The notes under the pieces were generated by a model, which saw nothing but the letters and a program-made list of their open reading frames with translations, had not been told where the DNA came from and did no database searches. The position numbers and the translations under genes were made by a program. From positions 2,400,001 through 2,464,000 of the forward strand of contig OZ244252.1 in assembly GCA_965217185.1 (NCBI GenBank): 64,000 bases of DNA, written 5' to 3'. Every line of letters starts with the position of its first letter. The stretch's first letter is position 1. This document shows positions 1 through 10,314 of this stretch, piece after piece. The DNA comes from an uncultured Candidatus Entotheonella sp. (lineage in GTDB: Bacteria > Tectomicrobia > Entotheonellia > Entotheonellales > Entotheonellaceae).

Positions 1-517
1 CCTGATGACCGGGGCCGGGCCGATGGTAGAGATATTCGATGACCGCATTGAAATCACGAATCCCGGTGAGCCGCTGGTGGACACGCAGCGTTTCGTAGAT
101 ACCCCACCGTGGTCTCGAAATGAAGCGCTTGCTTCGCTCATGCGTCGATTCGGAATCTGTGAGGAGCGAGGCAGTGGGATTGACAAGGTTGTCTTTCAAG
201 CAGAGTTTTACCAGCTACCCGCACCACTTTTTGAAGCACCAAAAGGTTTCACGCGCACAGTCTTGTTTGCACCTAAGACACTGGGCAGCATGGACGAAAC
301 GGAACGGGTGCGGGCCTGCTATTTGCACGCTTGTCTGAAGCGCGTGATGCAAGACTACCTGACCAACGCATCCCTGAGGGAACGGTTCGGTATCAAAGCC
401 AACAACAGGGCCATTGCGTCACGCTACATCAGAGAAGCGGTCGATACGGGTATGATCAAGCCATTCGACGAATATGCCGGCAAAAGGATGATGAAATACA
501 TTCCCTTTTGGGCTTGA
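1..517 (+). CDS. C-terminal part of RecG-like ATP-binding/transcription regulator protein (HATPase_c_4 + wHTH), 5' end outside window
   Basis: VEIFDDRIEITNPG, SRNEALASLMRRFGICEERGSGIDKV motifs and C-terminal LTNASLRERFGI helix-turn-helix. Confidence 0.8.
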   Translation, partial: LMTGAGPMVEIFDDRIEITNPGEPLVDTQRFVDTPPWSRNEALASLMRRFGICEERGSGIDKVVFQAEFYQLPAPLFEAPKGFTRTVLFAPKTLGSMDETERVRACYLHACLKRVMQDYLTNASLRERFGIKANNRAIASRYIREAVDTGMIKPFDEYAGKRMMKYIPFWA

Positions 518-737
518 TTTCAGTCTTTCCGCTTATTGACAGATAACATGAAAATTGCGGCTGATTGCCTGCAAGCTGTTCAATACAAAGGCATTTTTTA
601 ATTGACGGGTAATTGATGGAAAAGCGTTGATGGGCGTATCAAGGAAGGTCTATACGTCTTAAGACCCAATCATCGTATGCCTGACTCAGAATCGGCGCCG
701 TGTGGCCGATGCAAGTTCAGAGGACTCACCAAACCCT

Positions 738-1322
738 ATGACCCGTTTCCTGAAGTACCTGTTCCCCGCACTTGGCATGGCGCTCAGCCTCGTCCTGGCC
801 GCTTGCAACGCACCCTCCGACTCAAGTGACGGCACCAGTCCCACCGGCACCCTGGAAATCCACCTCACCGACCACCGCGAGGCCATCGGCGATTTCGCCC
901 GCCTCGGCGTGGAAATCGACACGGTGCGTCTGCATCCGAAGCGGCTTCTGTCGCTGCGCAAGTCCGACTGGCTCGACCTGCAGCCTATCGTGGCCAGCGT
1001 CGACCTGACGCAAGTCACCGAAAAGCGCACCATCGCGGTGTGGCGCGGTGAGCTGCCAACCGGGCGCTTCGAAGCCGTTCACCTCAAGCTCCAAGGCGCC
1101 GGCGGTGAGCTTAAAGAATCAGCCGAAACCGTGCCTGTGGCCGACGAAGCGCGGCCCATCCGCCTGCCGTTCGACATCCGCCCGAACGACGCAACCCGCA
1201 TCGTCGTCGATCTCGTTGTCCTCGACATGAGCGACCACCCGAACCGCGGCTACGAGGTGCACGTGCGCGGCTACGAGCTTTACTACAACGACGCCCTGGC
1301 CGACAAGGTGCCGCCGGGGTAA
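738..1322 (+). CDS. DUF4382-like lipoprotein
   Basis: Signal peptide with lipobox LAAC; GTLEIHLTD and VDLTQV motifs; ATG at 738 chosen over upstream GTG. Confidence 0.65.
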   Translation: MTRFLKYLFPALGMALSLVLAACNAPSDSSDGTSPTGTLEIHLTDHREAIGDFARLGVEIDTVRLHPKRLLSLRKSDWLDLQPIVASVDLTQVTEKRTIAVWRGELPTGRFEAVHLKLQGAGGELKESAETVPVADEARPIRLPFDIRPNDATRIVVDLVVLDMSDHPNRGYEVHVRGYELYYNDALADKVPPG

Positions 1323-1351
1323 ACCGTCAACCGCTGCCGTGGAGACAGGGA

Positions 1352-1981
1352 ATGCAACGTTTTTGGGCACCGTTGCTCATCGTAGTCGTCGGCGCGGTGA
1401 GCCTCTATCTGTGGGCGGATCTGTTCCGCTTTGCCGGGCAGCAGTCCGCGCCCGCGCTGGAGCCGCTTGATACGCTGCCGGCCTTTGAACTGGTCGAGCG
1501 CCGCCAGGTGCCGTTGCGCCTCGACGATTTGCGCGGCAAGGTGTGGGTGGCGGACTTCATGTACACGTCGTGCGTCGAGATGTGCCCATTGCAGAGCGCC
1601 GAGATGGCGCGTTTGCAGACGGCATTCGCCGACTACGCGGACCTGCGGCTGGTGTCGATCAGCGTCGATCCCGAACACGACACGCCCGCGGTGTTGTCCG
1701 CCTACGCCGAGAAATTTCAGGCCGACCCCGAGCGCTGGCTCTTCGCCACCGGCGAGCCGGACGCCGTCGCCCGCCTGGCGCAGGAGGGCTTCCGGCTCAG
1801 CGCCGCGTCGTACGTGTCCGGGGAAGACGGCGAGGACTACACGTTTATTCACAGCAACCGCTTCGTCCTGGTCGACCGCCAGGGCCGCATTCGCGGTTAT
1901 TATCGAAGCACGGACCCCGACGACCTGGTGCGGCTGCGGCGTGATCTCACGGTGCTGCTGCAACAGGTCGCCGCGTCATGA
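1352..1981 (+). CDS. SCO1/SenC family copper chaperone
   Basis: N-terminal TM, DFMYTSCVEMCP (CxxxCP), SISVDPEHDTP, HSNRFVLVD...GRIRGYY. Confidence 0.93.
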   Translation: MQRFWAPLLIVVVGAVSLYLWADLFRFAGQQSAPALEPLDTLPAFELVERRQVPLRLDDLRGKVWVADFMYTSCVEMCPLQSAEMARLQTAFADYADLRLVSISVDPEHDTPAVLSAYAEKFQADPERWLFATGEPDAVARLAQEGFRLSAASYVSGEDGEDYTFIHSNRFVLVDRQGRIRGYYRSTDPDDLVRLRRDLTVLLQQVAAS

Positions 1982-2014
1982 GCCGCCTCACATAGGCGGC
2001 GATGAGGAGATGCG

Positions 2015-2524
2015 ATGCAAGCAGAAGAGTTGCGCGCCATGCAAGCGCCAATGAAACAACGCTACCGCGAGGCGCCCGAGTCGGCGGTGATTACGCTGTC
2101 GGCGCGCGGCGATCTGGACGACGGTCTGACGTGCTCGGTGGAAACGGGCAAGGCCCTCGTGCAGGCCGGCTTGCATCCCGCCACCGGCGGCGACGGCCTG
2201 TCGGCGTGCTCCGGCGACATGTTGCTGCAGGCGCTGGTGGCCTGCGCCGGCGTGACCCTGCGGGCGGTGGCCACGGCGTTGGGCGTGACGCTGCGCGGCG
2301 GCACGCTGGTGGCTGAAGGGGAGTTGGATTTTCGCGGCACCTTGGGCGTGAGCAAGGAAGCGCCGGTGGGGTTTTCGAATATCCGGTTGAACCTCGACCT
2401 CGACACGGACGCCACGCCGGATCAGTTGCGCAGCCTGCTGACGCTGACCGAGCGGTATTGCGTGGTGTATCAGACGCTGCGCAGCCAGCCGGACGTGGCC
2501 GTCAATCTCGTCAATCCTTCCTGA
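2015..2524 (+). CDS. OsmC family protein
   Basis: GGDG..ACSGDMLLQALVAC, EGELDFRG, ERYCVVYQTL. Confidence 0.9.
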   Translation: MQAEELRAMQAPMKQRYREAPESAVITLSARGDLDDGLTCSVETGKALVQAGLHPATGGDGLSACSGDMLLQALVACAGVTLRAVATALGVTLRGGTLVAEGELDFRGTLGVSKEAPVGFSNIRLNLDLDTDATPDQLRSLLTLTERYCVVYQTLRSQPDVAVNLVNPS

Positions 2525-2531
2525 AACGAAA

Positions 2532-2563
2532 ACAGGGGAGCGGCCTGAGCGCCGTTCCCCTGT
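2532..2563. terminator. Stem-loop between convergent osmC-like and dapA-like genes
   Basis: acaggggagcggc-ctgagc-gccgttcccctgt: 13-bp stem with one G-U pair. Confidence 0.6.
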
Positions 2564-2578
2564 CTCATCATGCGGATT

Positions 2579-2609
2579 GTCGGATTACGCTTCGCCAATC
2601 CGACCTACA
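2579..2609 (-). repeat. GTAG-type REP palindrome, copy 1
   Basis: gtcggattacgcttcgccaatccgacctaca; near-identical to 24443-24473 and 15425-15456. Confidence 0.8.
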
Positions 2610-2621
2610 TCAGAAAATGCC

Positions 2622-3515
2622 CTACGCCACGGTCACCTTTGACAAGCCGAGCTCGGCGATGCGGTTGAGCACGATGTCGCGCTCCGCGTCGGTGAGCGGC
2701 AGGCCGGGCGGCCGCGGGTCGCCGCAGTCAATGCCAAGACGCTCGCTGAGCACGGCCTTGATGGTGCCGTGCAGACCGTACGTACGCACGATGTTGGTGA
2801 CGTCGGTGGCGTGGTCCTGGGCGGCCTCGGCGCGCTTCAGATCACCGTCCAGATACGCCTGCCAGATTTCGACCCACAATTCCGGCGCCATGTTGGGCGG
2901 GCCGTCCACGCAGCCACAGGCACCCACGGTGAGGCCGGGCAGCATGAGGGCGCTGTTGCCGACGAAGCACGAGAGGCCCATCTTGGCGAATTCGCGCACG
3001 TTGGTGAAGGTGACGGCGGAGTGCTTCAGCCCGGTGAGTTGCGGTACGCCGTCCTGAATTTTCTTCATCAGGTCGGGCACGATTTCGGTGCCGGTGGCTT
3101 GCGGCAGGTTGTAGACGAACAGCGGCAGGTCGGCGGCCGCGCCCACGACGCGGTAGTGCTCGACGATGGCTTCATCGCTGGGCTTGTAGAAAAAGGGCGG
3201 CACGCAGCAGATGGCTTCGACGCCGGCGCGGGCGGCGTGCTCGGCGAGGCGGGCGGCGCGGGCGGTGGTGGTGGCGCCCACGTGCATGATGTTGGCGATA
3301 CGGCCCTGGGACTGATCGGCGGCGATGGTGGCGATACGCATGTTTTCGTCATCGTCCAGCAGCACGCTCTCACCCGTGCCGCCGGCCACCCAGAAGCCGT
3401 GCACGCCGGCCTGGATGTTGAATTCCATCACTTCCCGAAAGGCCGCCTCGTTCAGCGCCCCTTCCGGGGTCATAGGGGTGATAATGGCAGGGAACACCCC
3501 GCGAAACTTCGTCAT
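2622..3515 (-). CDS. Dihydrodipicolinate synthase / N-acetylneuraminate lyase family protein
   Basis: GVFPAIITP, GGTGE, YNLPQATG, GLKHS Schiff-base Lys. Confidence 0.9.
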   Translation of the reverse strand: MTKFRGVFPAIITPMTPEGALNEAAFREVMEFNIQAGVHGFWVAGGTGESVLLDDDENMRIATIAADQSQGRIANIMHVGATTTARAARLAEHAARAGVEAICCVPPFFYKPSDEAIVEHYRVVGAAADLPLFVYNLPQATGTEIVPDLMKKIQDGVPQLTGLKHSAVTFTNVREFAKMGLSCFVGNSALMLPGLTVGACGCVDGPPNMAPELWVEIWQAYLDGDLKRAEAAQDHATDVTNIVRTYGLHGTIKAVLSERLGIDCGDPRPPGLPLTDAERDIVLNRIAELGLSKVTVA

Positions 3516-3691
3516 GTGTACGTCTCCCTCGCCCGGCTCTTCGGGCGCTGTGGGTCATGGTGTGAAGCCATCCGCATACGCTTGTCGTGGCTTTGGTAAA
3601 CCTTAGCATACCGGGGTACGGCTATCCACAGGGCGGACGGCTGACGCCTGTCGACCTCTTCCTTCCAATGTAACCAGATAGGGTCTGCGGG

Positions 3692-4144
3692 TTACTGGCC
3701 GTCGCTTTCGGCCACATCGCCCTCATCCGTCGCATTCTTGGTCAGGGTGACGACGTTGCATCCCCTGATGCGCTGGTAGTTGACACTGTCCATGACCTGA
3801 TGCACCAGGAACAGGCCCAGCCGTCCCAAAACCTGGTCTTCAAGGGACGCCTCAAGATCGGGCTCCGGCGCCTGCGACAGGTCGAACGCCTTGCCGTCGT
3901 CCACGATCACCACGATTAACGTCTCTTCTTCCAGACGCACGATGAGCTCGATGCGGCGCGGCTCGTCATCGTCGTACCCGTAGCTGATCGTATTGGTCAG
4001 AATCTCGTCGATGGCCAGGTTGGCCCCATACCCGACCTGCGCCGCCAGGTCGTGCGTGGAGCAGAAGTCGTCGATGCGCGCGGCGACACCGGCGATCTCC
4101 CGTAAATCGCTCACGAGCGAGATTTCAAGGGTGTCATCGTCCAA
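3692..4144 (-). CDS. RsbW-like anti-sigma/Ser kinase (HATPase_c_2)
   Basis: LAIDEILTNTISYGY, IVDDGKAFD, LGLFLVHQVMDSVNY; TTG start 14 nt after hlyD stop. Confidence 0.88.
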   Translation of the reverse strand: MDDDTLEISLVSDLREIAGVAARIDDFCSTHDLAAQVGYGANLAIDEILTNTISYGYDDDEPRRIELIVRLEEETLIVVIVDDGKAFDLSQAPEPDLEASLEDQVLGRLGLFLVHQVMDSVNYQRIRGCNVVTLTKNATDEGDVAESDGQ

Positions 4145-4157
4145 AGCTTTCTCCCTT

Positions 4158-5510
4158 TCACTCCTCGCGCAGGGAACGCTGGAAAAAGTCCGTCAGCGGC
4201 TTGGCGAAATAGCTGATCAGCAAGCGCTCCCCGGTGCGGATGTGCACCTCCACCGGCATGCCGGGCGTCAGCGCCAGGCCGCCGGCCAAGCGGCGTGAAT
4301 CCGGCTCTGCGGCTTGCGCGCCCGTTGGGCCGGGTTCGACCAGGTCGCCGATGGCAAGCTCGACCTCGTACCAAGACAGGCCGCTCTCGGCATCGCGCAC
4401 GGTGTCCGCCGACACCCGCACCACGTGCCCCTCGAACTCCGGCGTCAACCGCGCCGGAAAGGCCGAAAACCGCAGCCGCGCCTCCTGCCCCGGATACACC
4501 TGGTCCACGTGGATCGGATTGAGCCGCGCCATCACCACCAGGCTCGCGCCCTCCGGCACGATCTGCAGGATCGGCTCACCCGGACGCACCACCTCGCGCG
4601 GTGCAAACACGGTCATGCCGAAGACCGTGCCCGCCACCGGCGCCCGCACCTCCATGCGCCCCAGACGGTCGCGCATCGAGGCAAGCTGCTCGATCACCTG
4701 GTTCTCTCTCGCCCGCGTGTCGCGCGCCTTTTCCTCCGCCTCCTCGATGCGGCGCGCGTCCACCTGCAGAATCTGAATCTCGAACTCGGCAATCTGGCTT
4801 CGGACACGGGCAATCGCCGCGGCTGTCGTCCCCGCCATGCCCTCAAGATTCTTCGCGGCGCGCTCCAGTGCCAGGAGCCGCTCAAGCCGTGTCAAGCCGC
4901 GCTCGGACAGTTCGCGGTGCGCCGCCAGCTCGCGCCCGATCAGTACACTCTGTTCTTCCAAAGAGACCGCCCGTGCCTCAAGCCCGGCGATCTCCTCGCG
5001 CGCCTGTCCGATACGCTCACGCAACCTGGCCACCTCGCCGTCGCGGGCCGCCCGCCGGGCCTGGAAGAGGCGTTCCTGACCGTCAAGGATGTCCTGCACG
5101 TTCGGGTCGACTGCTGCCAGAACGTCCAGCGCGGCGTCCCAGACGATGGCGTCGGCGCCCCGGAATTCCGCCTCCAGGCGGTTGCGCCGCGCCGCCAATT
5201 CAGCGTAGTGCGCCTCAAGAATTGAAACCTCCGAACGCAACAGGCCGTCGCTGAAGCGCAGCAGCACGTCGTCCTGAGCCACTGTGTCGCCATCACGTAC
5301 CCGGATGTCGCTCACCGTGCCGCCGTCGATGTGCTCGACCACCTGGTTATGGGTCTCGACCACCACTTGCCCCGTGGCGATGACGGCGCCCGACACCGAG
5401 GCGAAAACGCTCCAACCGACCAAGCCGCCCACCAGAAGCGTCAGCCCCCCGAACCCGAAAAGCAGCGCCCGGCTCGCCGAGTACCGCGTTGCAGACACCC
5501 GCTCCGTCAT
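4158..5510 (-). CDS. HlyD/PrtE family type I secretion periplasmic adaptor
   Basis: N-terminal TM, VEHIDGGTV, coiled coil, RAPVAGTV, PGMPVEVHIRTGERLLISYFAKPL. Confidence 0.93.
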   Translation of the reverse strand: MTERVSATRYSASRALLFGFGGLTLLVGGLVGWSVFASVSGAVIATGQVVVETHNQVVEHIDGGTVSDIRVRDGDTVAQDDVLLRFSDGLLRSEVSILEAHYAELAARRNRLEAEFRGADAIVWDAALDVLAAVDPNVQDILDGQERLFQARRAARDGEVARLRERIGQAREEIAGLEARAVSLEEQSVLIGRELAAHRELSERGLTRLERLLALERAAKNLEGMAGTTAAAIARVRSQIAEFEIQILQVDARRIEEAEEKARDTRARENQVIEQLASMRDRLGRMEVRAPVAGTVFGMTVFAPREVVRPGEPILQIVPEGASLVVMARLNPIHVDQVYPGQEARLRFSAFPARLTPEFEGHVVRVSADTVRDAESGLSWYEVELAIGDLVEPGPTGAQAAEPDSRRLAGGLALTPGMPVEVHIRTGERLLISYFAKPLTDFFQRSLREE

Positions 5511-7428
5511 GAGGTGGCGTCCTGATCCAACCGTGGGGTGGAACCTGTGCCGTTGCCGCTCGGCTCGGTGGGTGGTTGTGCCTGCTCACGCGGGCCTGCG
5601 GCAGAGCGCGGGCCGGTAACCCGCTCGATGGCGCCGGCGATCTGGCTGTCCAAGGTCACTTTGGCAGCAGTTCGCTTGACAGCCGGCGGGCCTTTGCGCA
5701 CGGGCTGCGGCTGCTTCGGCGACTCGCTCGTCCGCTTCTGTCCACCGCCTGCCTGCAGCGAGCGCACAGGCCCTGCCCCGCCGCGCCCGTGGGCGGCCGG
5801 CACCGGACGCCCGTTCTCCATGATGTAGACCGTGTTGCACTGCGCGAAGGCGCCATGGCGGTGTGCCACGATCACCACGGCGCCGCCGCGCTTCTTGTGG
5901 CCCTCGACCGCCAGCGTCAGCGCCCTCGTGCCGTCCGCATCCAGGTTGGAATCGGACTCGTCCATGACCACCACGACGGGCGAGCCATAGAAGGCCCGTG
6001 CCAGGCCGATACGCTGACGCTGCCCACCCGACAAGGCCGCGCCGCCCGCCGACACCTGGGAGTCATAGCCGTTCGACAGTCCCAGGATCATCTCGTGCGC
6101 CCCGGCGCGCTTCGCCGCCTCGATGATGGCCGTGTCGTCCGGAACCGGTGATAGGCGGGCAATGTTTTCGGCAATGGTGCCGTCGAACAGCACCACCTCC
6201 TACGGCAGATAGCCGACGTGGCGCCCGAGGTCCGTGCCGTATTGGTCCAACTCCGCGCCGTCCAATCGCACGGCGCCGCCGATCGGCTTCCACACCCCGG
6301 CGAGGGCGCGCGCCAGTGTCGACTTGCCCGAGGCCGACGGCCCGGCGATGCCCGCCGCCTGCCCGGGCTCCAGACGAAACGAGGCGCCGCTACCCGCGCT
6401 CCCGGCGCCGCCACCGTCAGGCTCTGCGCCTCCAGGATGGCGCGCGGTGCCGGCAGCGCCGTATGGGGCTCTTCCGGCGGCGTTTCCGTCAGCAACGCCG
6501 CCAGCGAACGCCGCGCCGCCAGGGCGCGCTGCAGAATCGGCCAGTAGCCGACCGCCTGATCGATCGGCGCCAGGGCGCGGCCCAGCAGGATCGACGACGC
6601 GATCATCACGCCGGGCGTCACCTCGCCCAGAATCGCCAGCCAAGCGCCGAGTCCCAGCATCATGGATTGCAGAAAGAGGCGCAGCGTTCTCGACACCACG
6701 GTGAAGAAACCGCCCCGGTCCGAGGCCGCCAGGGTACGGTCGAGCAGCACGTCGCGCAGGGCGCCGGCACGCGCCACCACGGCGTCGTACATGCCGAGGC
6801 CGCGCACGGTTTCGCCGCCCGCCCGCATCTGCTCGATGAAGTACCCGGAGCGGATGGACGCCTCCGCCACCTCGCGTTGCAGGCTGGCGGTGCCGGCCTG
6901 GTTGAGGAAGGCGATGAGGATGAGCAGGCAGCCGGAGAAGACGGCCAGGAGGCCGAGCAGCCAGTGGAAGGAGAAAAGGGCGAACAGGAATACCGGCGTC
7001 CACGGCGCGTCGAAGACGGCGAAGGGTCCCGAGCCCGATGCGAAGCGCTGGATGGCTTCCAGGTCGCGCAGGCCGGTGGCGGGTCGGGTACGGTCGGCAG
7101 GGGAGATGGAGCGGATCAGGATGGCCCGCAGCACACGCGAGTCGAGGCGCGCCTGCAACCGCGCCCCAGCGCGCGCCAGAACCCGCCCCCGCGCATGGTC
7201 GAGGACGCCCGTCATCAGATAGAGGAAGGCGACGATGGCGGCGAGGGTGACCAGAGTGGCCTCGGAGCGCGAGGTCAGCACCCGGTCGTAGACCTGCAGC
7301 ATGAAGAGCGGACCGGTGAGCATCAGCAGGTTGACGGCCATGCTGAACAGGGCGCAGGCAGCAAACAGCCGGCGGCTTTCGGCCAGCGCTGCCCGGAGTT
7401 CCCGGTTGCCGTTGGAGTTTTCCGCCAT
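5507..7428 (-). pseudogene. PrtD-type type I secretion ABC transporter, disrupted by a frameshift (~6385-6395) and an in-frame TAG (6200-6202)
   Basis: NLLMLTGPLFMLQVYDRVL TMD; Walker A GPSASGKST is in a different frame; GYLP-TAG-EVVLFDGTIAENI; LSGGQRQRIGLARA signature. Confidence 0.9.
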
Positions 7429-7527
7429 CGGACAGGTTCCTTACGGATTCGACGGCGAATTCCGCATTTCCAGGCGGACTTGGCAAGCAAACCCGCCTCG
7501 GTTAACCAAACACCCCGTCCGGGGGCT

Positions 7528-8754
7528 TCAGCCGCCTTCGCCCATGTCCGCCGGCGGCTCGTAGAACAGGAAATCCGTTGCGTCCAGGTCTCCAATTTCG
7601 ACGTCTTCCACGGAATTTTGATCGAACCTGATTGTGCCACCACCGTACTCCGTCAGGTCGATCACGGTTCCATCGTGGGTGCTTCTGATGGTCAGGTCGT
7701 CAACACCCGTAATCTCAGTGAATGCACTTAGGTCGATCTTGTCTTCGCCATCCTTGAAAAAAGCAATTGTGTCATTTCCATGCCCTTGCTGAAACACAAA
7801 GGTGTCTTCACTACCTGAAACACCTGACCCTATTGAGTCGTCACCGTACATGCGATCGTTGCCTGCTCCACCATCGATTACATCCGAGCCGGTTCCGCCA
7901 TAAATGCTGTCCTTTCCCGTACCTCCGTACAAAAAATCATTGCCGGCATCACCTTTTATAATCACGTTGCCTTCGCCACCATAAATTGTGTCGTTGCCCT
8001 CGCCGCCCTCGAGGGTCGGCCCGAGCCAGCCATGCCATATACTTTCACCCTCTGGACCGCCATAAAGTGTGTCATCGCCAGCGCCGCCAGAGAGATCGTC
8101 CTTTCCTTCACCACCATGAAGTATGTCGTTACCTTCGCCGCCATAGAGCGCGTCGTCCCCGGCGTCGCCATACATTTCATCATCGCCCGAGCCGCCTTCG
8201 AGCCTGTCGTCGCCTTCGCCGCCTTCCAGGAAGTCGCTACCAGCACCGCCGTATAGCTCATCGTCGCCTTCGTGGCCCGCCAAGCCGTCGGCCTCGGCCC
8301 CGCCATAAATCGTGTCGTCGCCCGCACCACCAATCAGAATGTCCCAACCGGCTCCGCCTGTGATCGTGTCGTCGCCAGCACCACCATCAACCCGGTCGCC
8401 ATCGTTGTCGGCCTGGAGCGTGTCGTCTCCCGAAGTGCCACCCCCGTCCAGAGTGGAAAACACGAAGTCCGCCGCGTCCAGGTTATCAATGCTGAATCCC
8501 GACAGCAGGATCGTGCCGCCACCGTGCCCGGTCAGATCAATCGTGACGCCGTTGTCGTCGGAGGTCACCGTCAGGTCTTCAAAGCGCGTAATCCCTTGAA
8601 AACGCGTCAGATCAATCAGGTCCGTGCCGTTGGTGAAGCCGGTGATGGTGTCGGCATTTGTGTAACCAGGGCCGAACACGAAGGTATCGGCGCCGGCAGT
8701 GCCCTGGTGCGTGGTGTCGCCTGGGATGTCGGTGATGCGGTTTTCGTCAGCCAT
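7528..8754 (-). CDS. RTX-type Ca-binding repeat protein 1 (T1SS substrate)
   Basis: Many GGxGxDxLxG nonapeptides flanked by DTFVF..DTI..F..G.D.IDL modules; very acidic. Confidence 0.92.
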   Translation of the reverse strand: MADENRITDIPGDTTHQGTAGADTFVFGPGYTNADTITGFTNGTDLIDLTRFQGITRFEDLTVTSDDNGVTIDLTGHGGGTILLSGFSIDNLDAADFVFSTLDGGGTSGDDTLQADNDGDRVDGGAGDDTITGGAGWDILIGGAGDDTIYGGAEADGLAGHEGDDELYGGAGSDFLEGGEGDDRLEGGSGDDEMYGDAGDDALYGGEGNDILHGGEGKDDLSGGAGDDTLYGGPEGESIWHGWLGPTLEGGEGNDTIYGGEGNVIIKGDAGNDFLYGGTGKDSIYGGTGSDVIDGGAGNDRMYGDDSIGSGVSGSEDTFVFQQGHGNDTIAFFKDGEDKIDLSAFTEITGVDDLTIRSTHDGTVIDLTEYGGGTIRFDQNSVEDVEIGDLDATDFLFYEPPADMGEGG

Positions 8755-8831
8755 GCTCTATCTCCTGTGCGGCACTGGATGGACAGGCCGCAGAAGCCAT
8801 CTCGAAAAACGGATTGACGGGTACGGCTGCT

Positions 8832-9998
8832 TCAGCCGCCGTCTACCCCCGGGTCCACCGGCGGCTCGGAAAACAGAAAATCCTCGGCGCCGAGGTCGGC
8901 GGTGATGCTCAGATCCCCGAAACCGGTAATGTCTGTGAACGCAGTCAGATCGATGGCGTCATTTCCATCGGCGAAGTCCTTGATCGTGTCGTTTTCGTGA
9001 CCGGCGGCAAATACGAACGTGTCGTCGCCGAGGCCGCCATCAAGCAGGTCGTCGCCCGCGCCGCCGATGAGCCGGTCGTGGCCTTCGCCGCCGTAGAGCG
9101 TGTCGTCGCCCGACCCGCCCCCGACTTCGTCGTCGCCTTGGCCGCCGTCCAGCAAGTCGTCGCCCTCGCCGCCATAGAGCCGGTCGTCGCCGGCGCCGCC
9201 ATAGAGCTCATCCGCGTCCCCGCCGCCATAGAGCTCGTCCTCGCCCCCGCTGCCACGGAGCGTGTCGTCGCCGTCGCCGCCATAGAGTTCGTTGTCGCCG
9301 GCATAGGGCATCGTGTCGTTGCCCCACCCGCCGTATAAGTGGTCGTTTCCTTCCCCGCCATAGAGCGTGTCGTCGCCGGCGTTGCCGAAGAGGTAGTCGT
9401 TGCCCCCGCGGCCTTCCAGGGCGTCGTCGCCATAGCCGCCATAGAGCAAATCGTCACCCTCGCCGCCCCAGAGGTCGTCGGCGCCGTCGCCGCCGTAGAT
9501 CGTGTCGTCGCCGGCCCCCGCTTCGAGCACGTCGTTGCCCGCGCCGCCCCGGAGCGTATCCTTGCCCGCGCCGCCGAGCAGCATGTCGGCCCCGGCGCCG
9601 CCCGTGAGAACGTCATCCCCGGCGCCGCCGTCGAGCCGGTCGCCGCCGTCGTCGGCCTGGAGCTCGTCGTCTCCCGTGGTGCCGCCGCCGTCCAGGGTGG
9701 AAAACACGAAGTCCGTCGAGTCCAGGACCGCAATATCGGATCCTGTCAGCCGGATCGTGCCGCCGCCGTGCCCAGTCAGATCAATCGTCACGCCCCCGTC
9801 GTCGGAAGCAATGCTCAGGTCCTCGAAGCGCGTTATCCCCGCGAACCGTGTCAGATCAATGCGGTCTTCCCCGACGGTGAAGCCGGTGATGGTGTCGTCG
9901 TTCGCGTAGCCGGGACCGAACATGAAGGTATCGGCGCCGGCAGTGCCTTGGTGCGTGGTGTCGCCTGGGATGTCGGTGATGCGGTTATCTTCAGCCAT
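8832..9998 (-). CDS. RTX-type Ca-binding repeat protein 2 (paralog of protein 1; C-terminal module internally shortened)
   Basis: N-terminus nearly identical to protein 1 (RITDIPGDTTHQGTAGADTF); GGxGDD repeats. Confidence 0.92.
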   Translation of the reverse strand: MAEDNRITDIPGDTTHQGTAGADTFMFGPGYANDDTITGFTVGEDRIDLTRFAGITRFEDLSIASDDGGVTIDLTGHGGGTIRLTGSDIAVLDSTDFVFSTLDGGGTTGDDELQADDGGDRLDGGAGDDVLTGGAGADMLLGGAGKDTLRGGAGNDVLEAGAGDDTIYGGDGADDLWGGEGDDLLYGGYGDDALEGRGGNDYLFGNAGDDTLYGGEGNDHLYGGWGNDTMPYAGDNELYGGDGDDTLRGSGGEDELYGGGDADELYGGAGDDRLYGGEGDDLLDGGQGDDEVGGGSGDDTLYGGEGHDRLIGGAGDDLLDGGLGDDTFVFAAGHENDTIKDFADGNDAIDLTAFTDITGFGDLSITADLGAEDFLFSEPPVDPGVDGG

Positions 9999-10110
9999 GC
10001 TCTATCTCCTGTACGGCAATGGACGGACAGGCCACGGAGGCCATCCCATCAAATTGTGGTTGCCGAGTGTGGCTTGCGCGCGCCTCAGGGCGCTTTCAGT
10101 TCAAAACGAC

Positions 10111-10270
10111 TTCCCCCTCACCCCAGGGGAGAGGGAGCAAAACCCCCCTTGTGAGGAAAGCCAACCTCTTCATGGGGGCGGGTCAGCCCATGCCTGTCCA
10201 TACCTTCCCCCACCGGCTCGCCGGCGGGCTGCGCCCTTGTTTTTGCCGACTCCCCCTCAAGGGGGGAGTG
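10111..10270. repeat. GC-rich palindromic intergenic element (hairpins ccctcacccc-a-[13 protein letters not shown] actccccct-caa-ggggggagt)
   Basis: Two C-run/G-run hairpins at 10111-10136 and 10249-10269 in the spacer between RTX genes. Confidence 0.5.
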
Positions 10271-10314
10271 AAAGATGGTGACGAACGAACAAGTCAGATT
10301 GATCCGAAAGTGTT

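Noticed and set aside
6200..6202. Programmed amber readthrough (pyrrolysine or recoding) in prtD
   Set aside because: The position corresponds to conserved Gln (YLPQ; CAG to TAG), the gene has a second lesion, and TAG is used as a normal stop elsewhere in the window.
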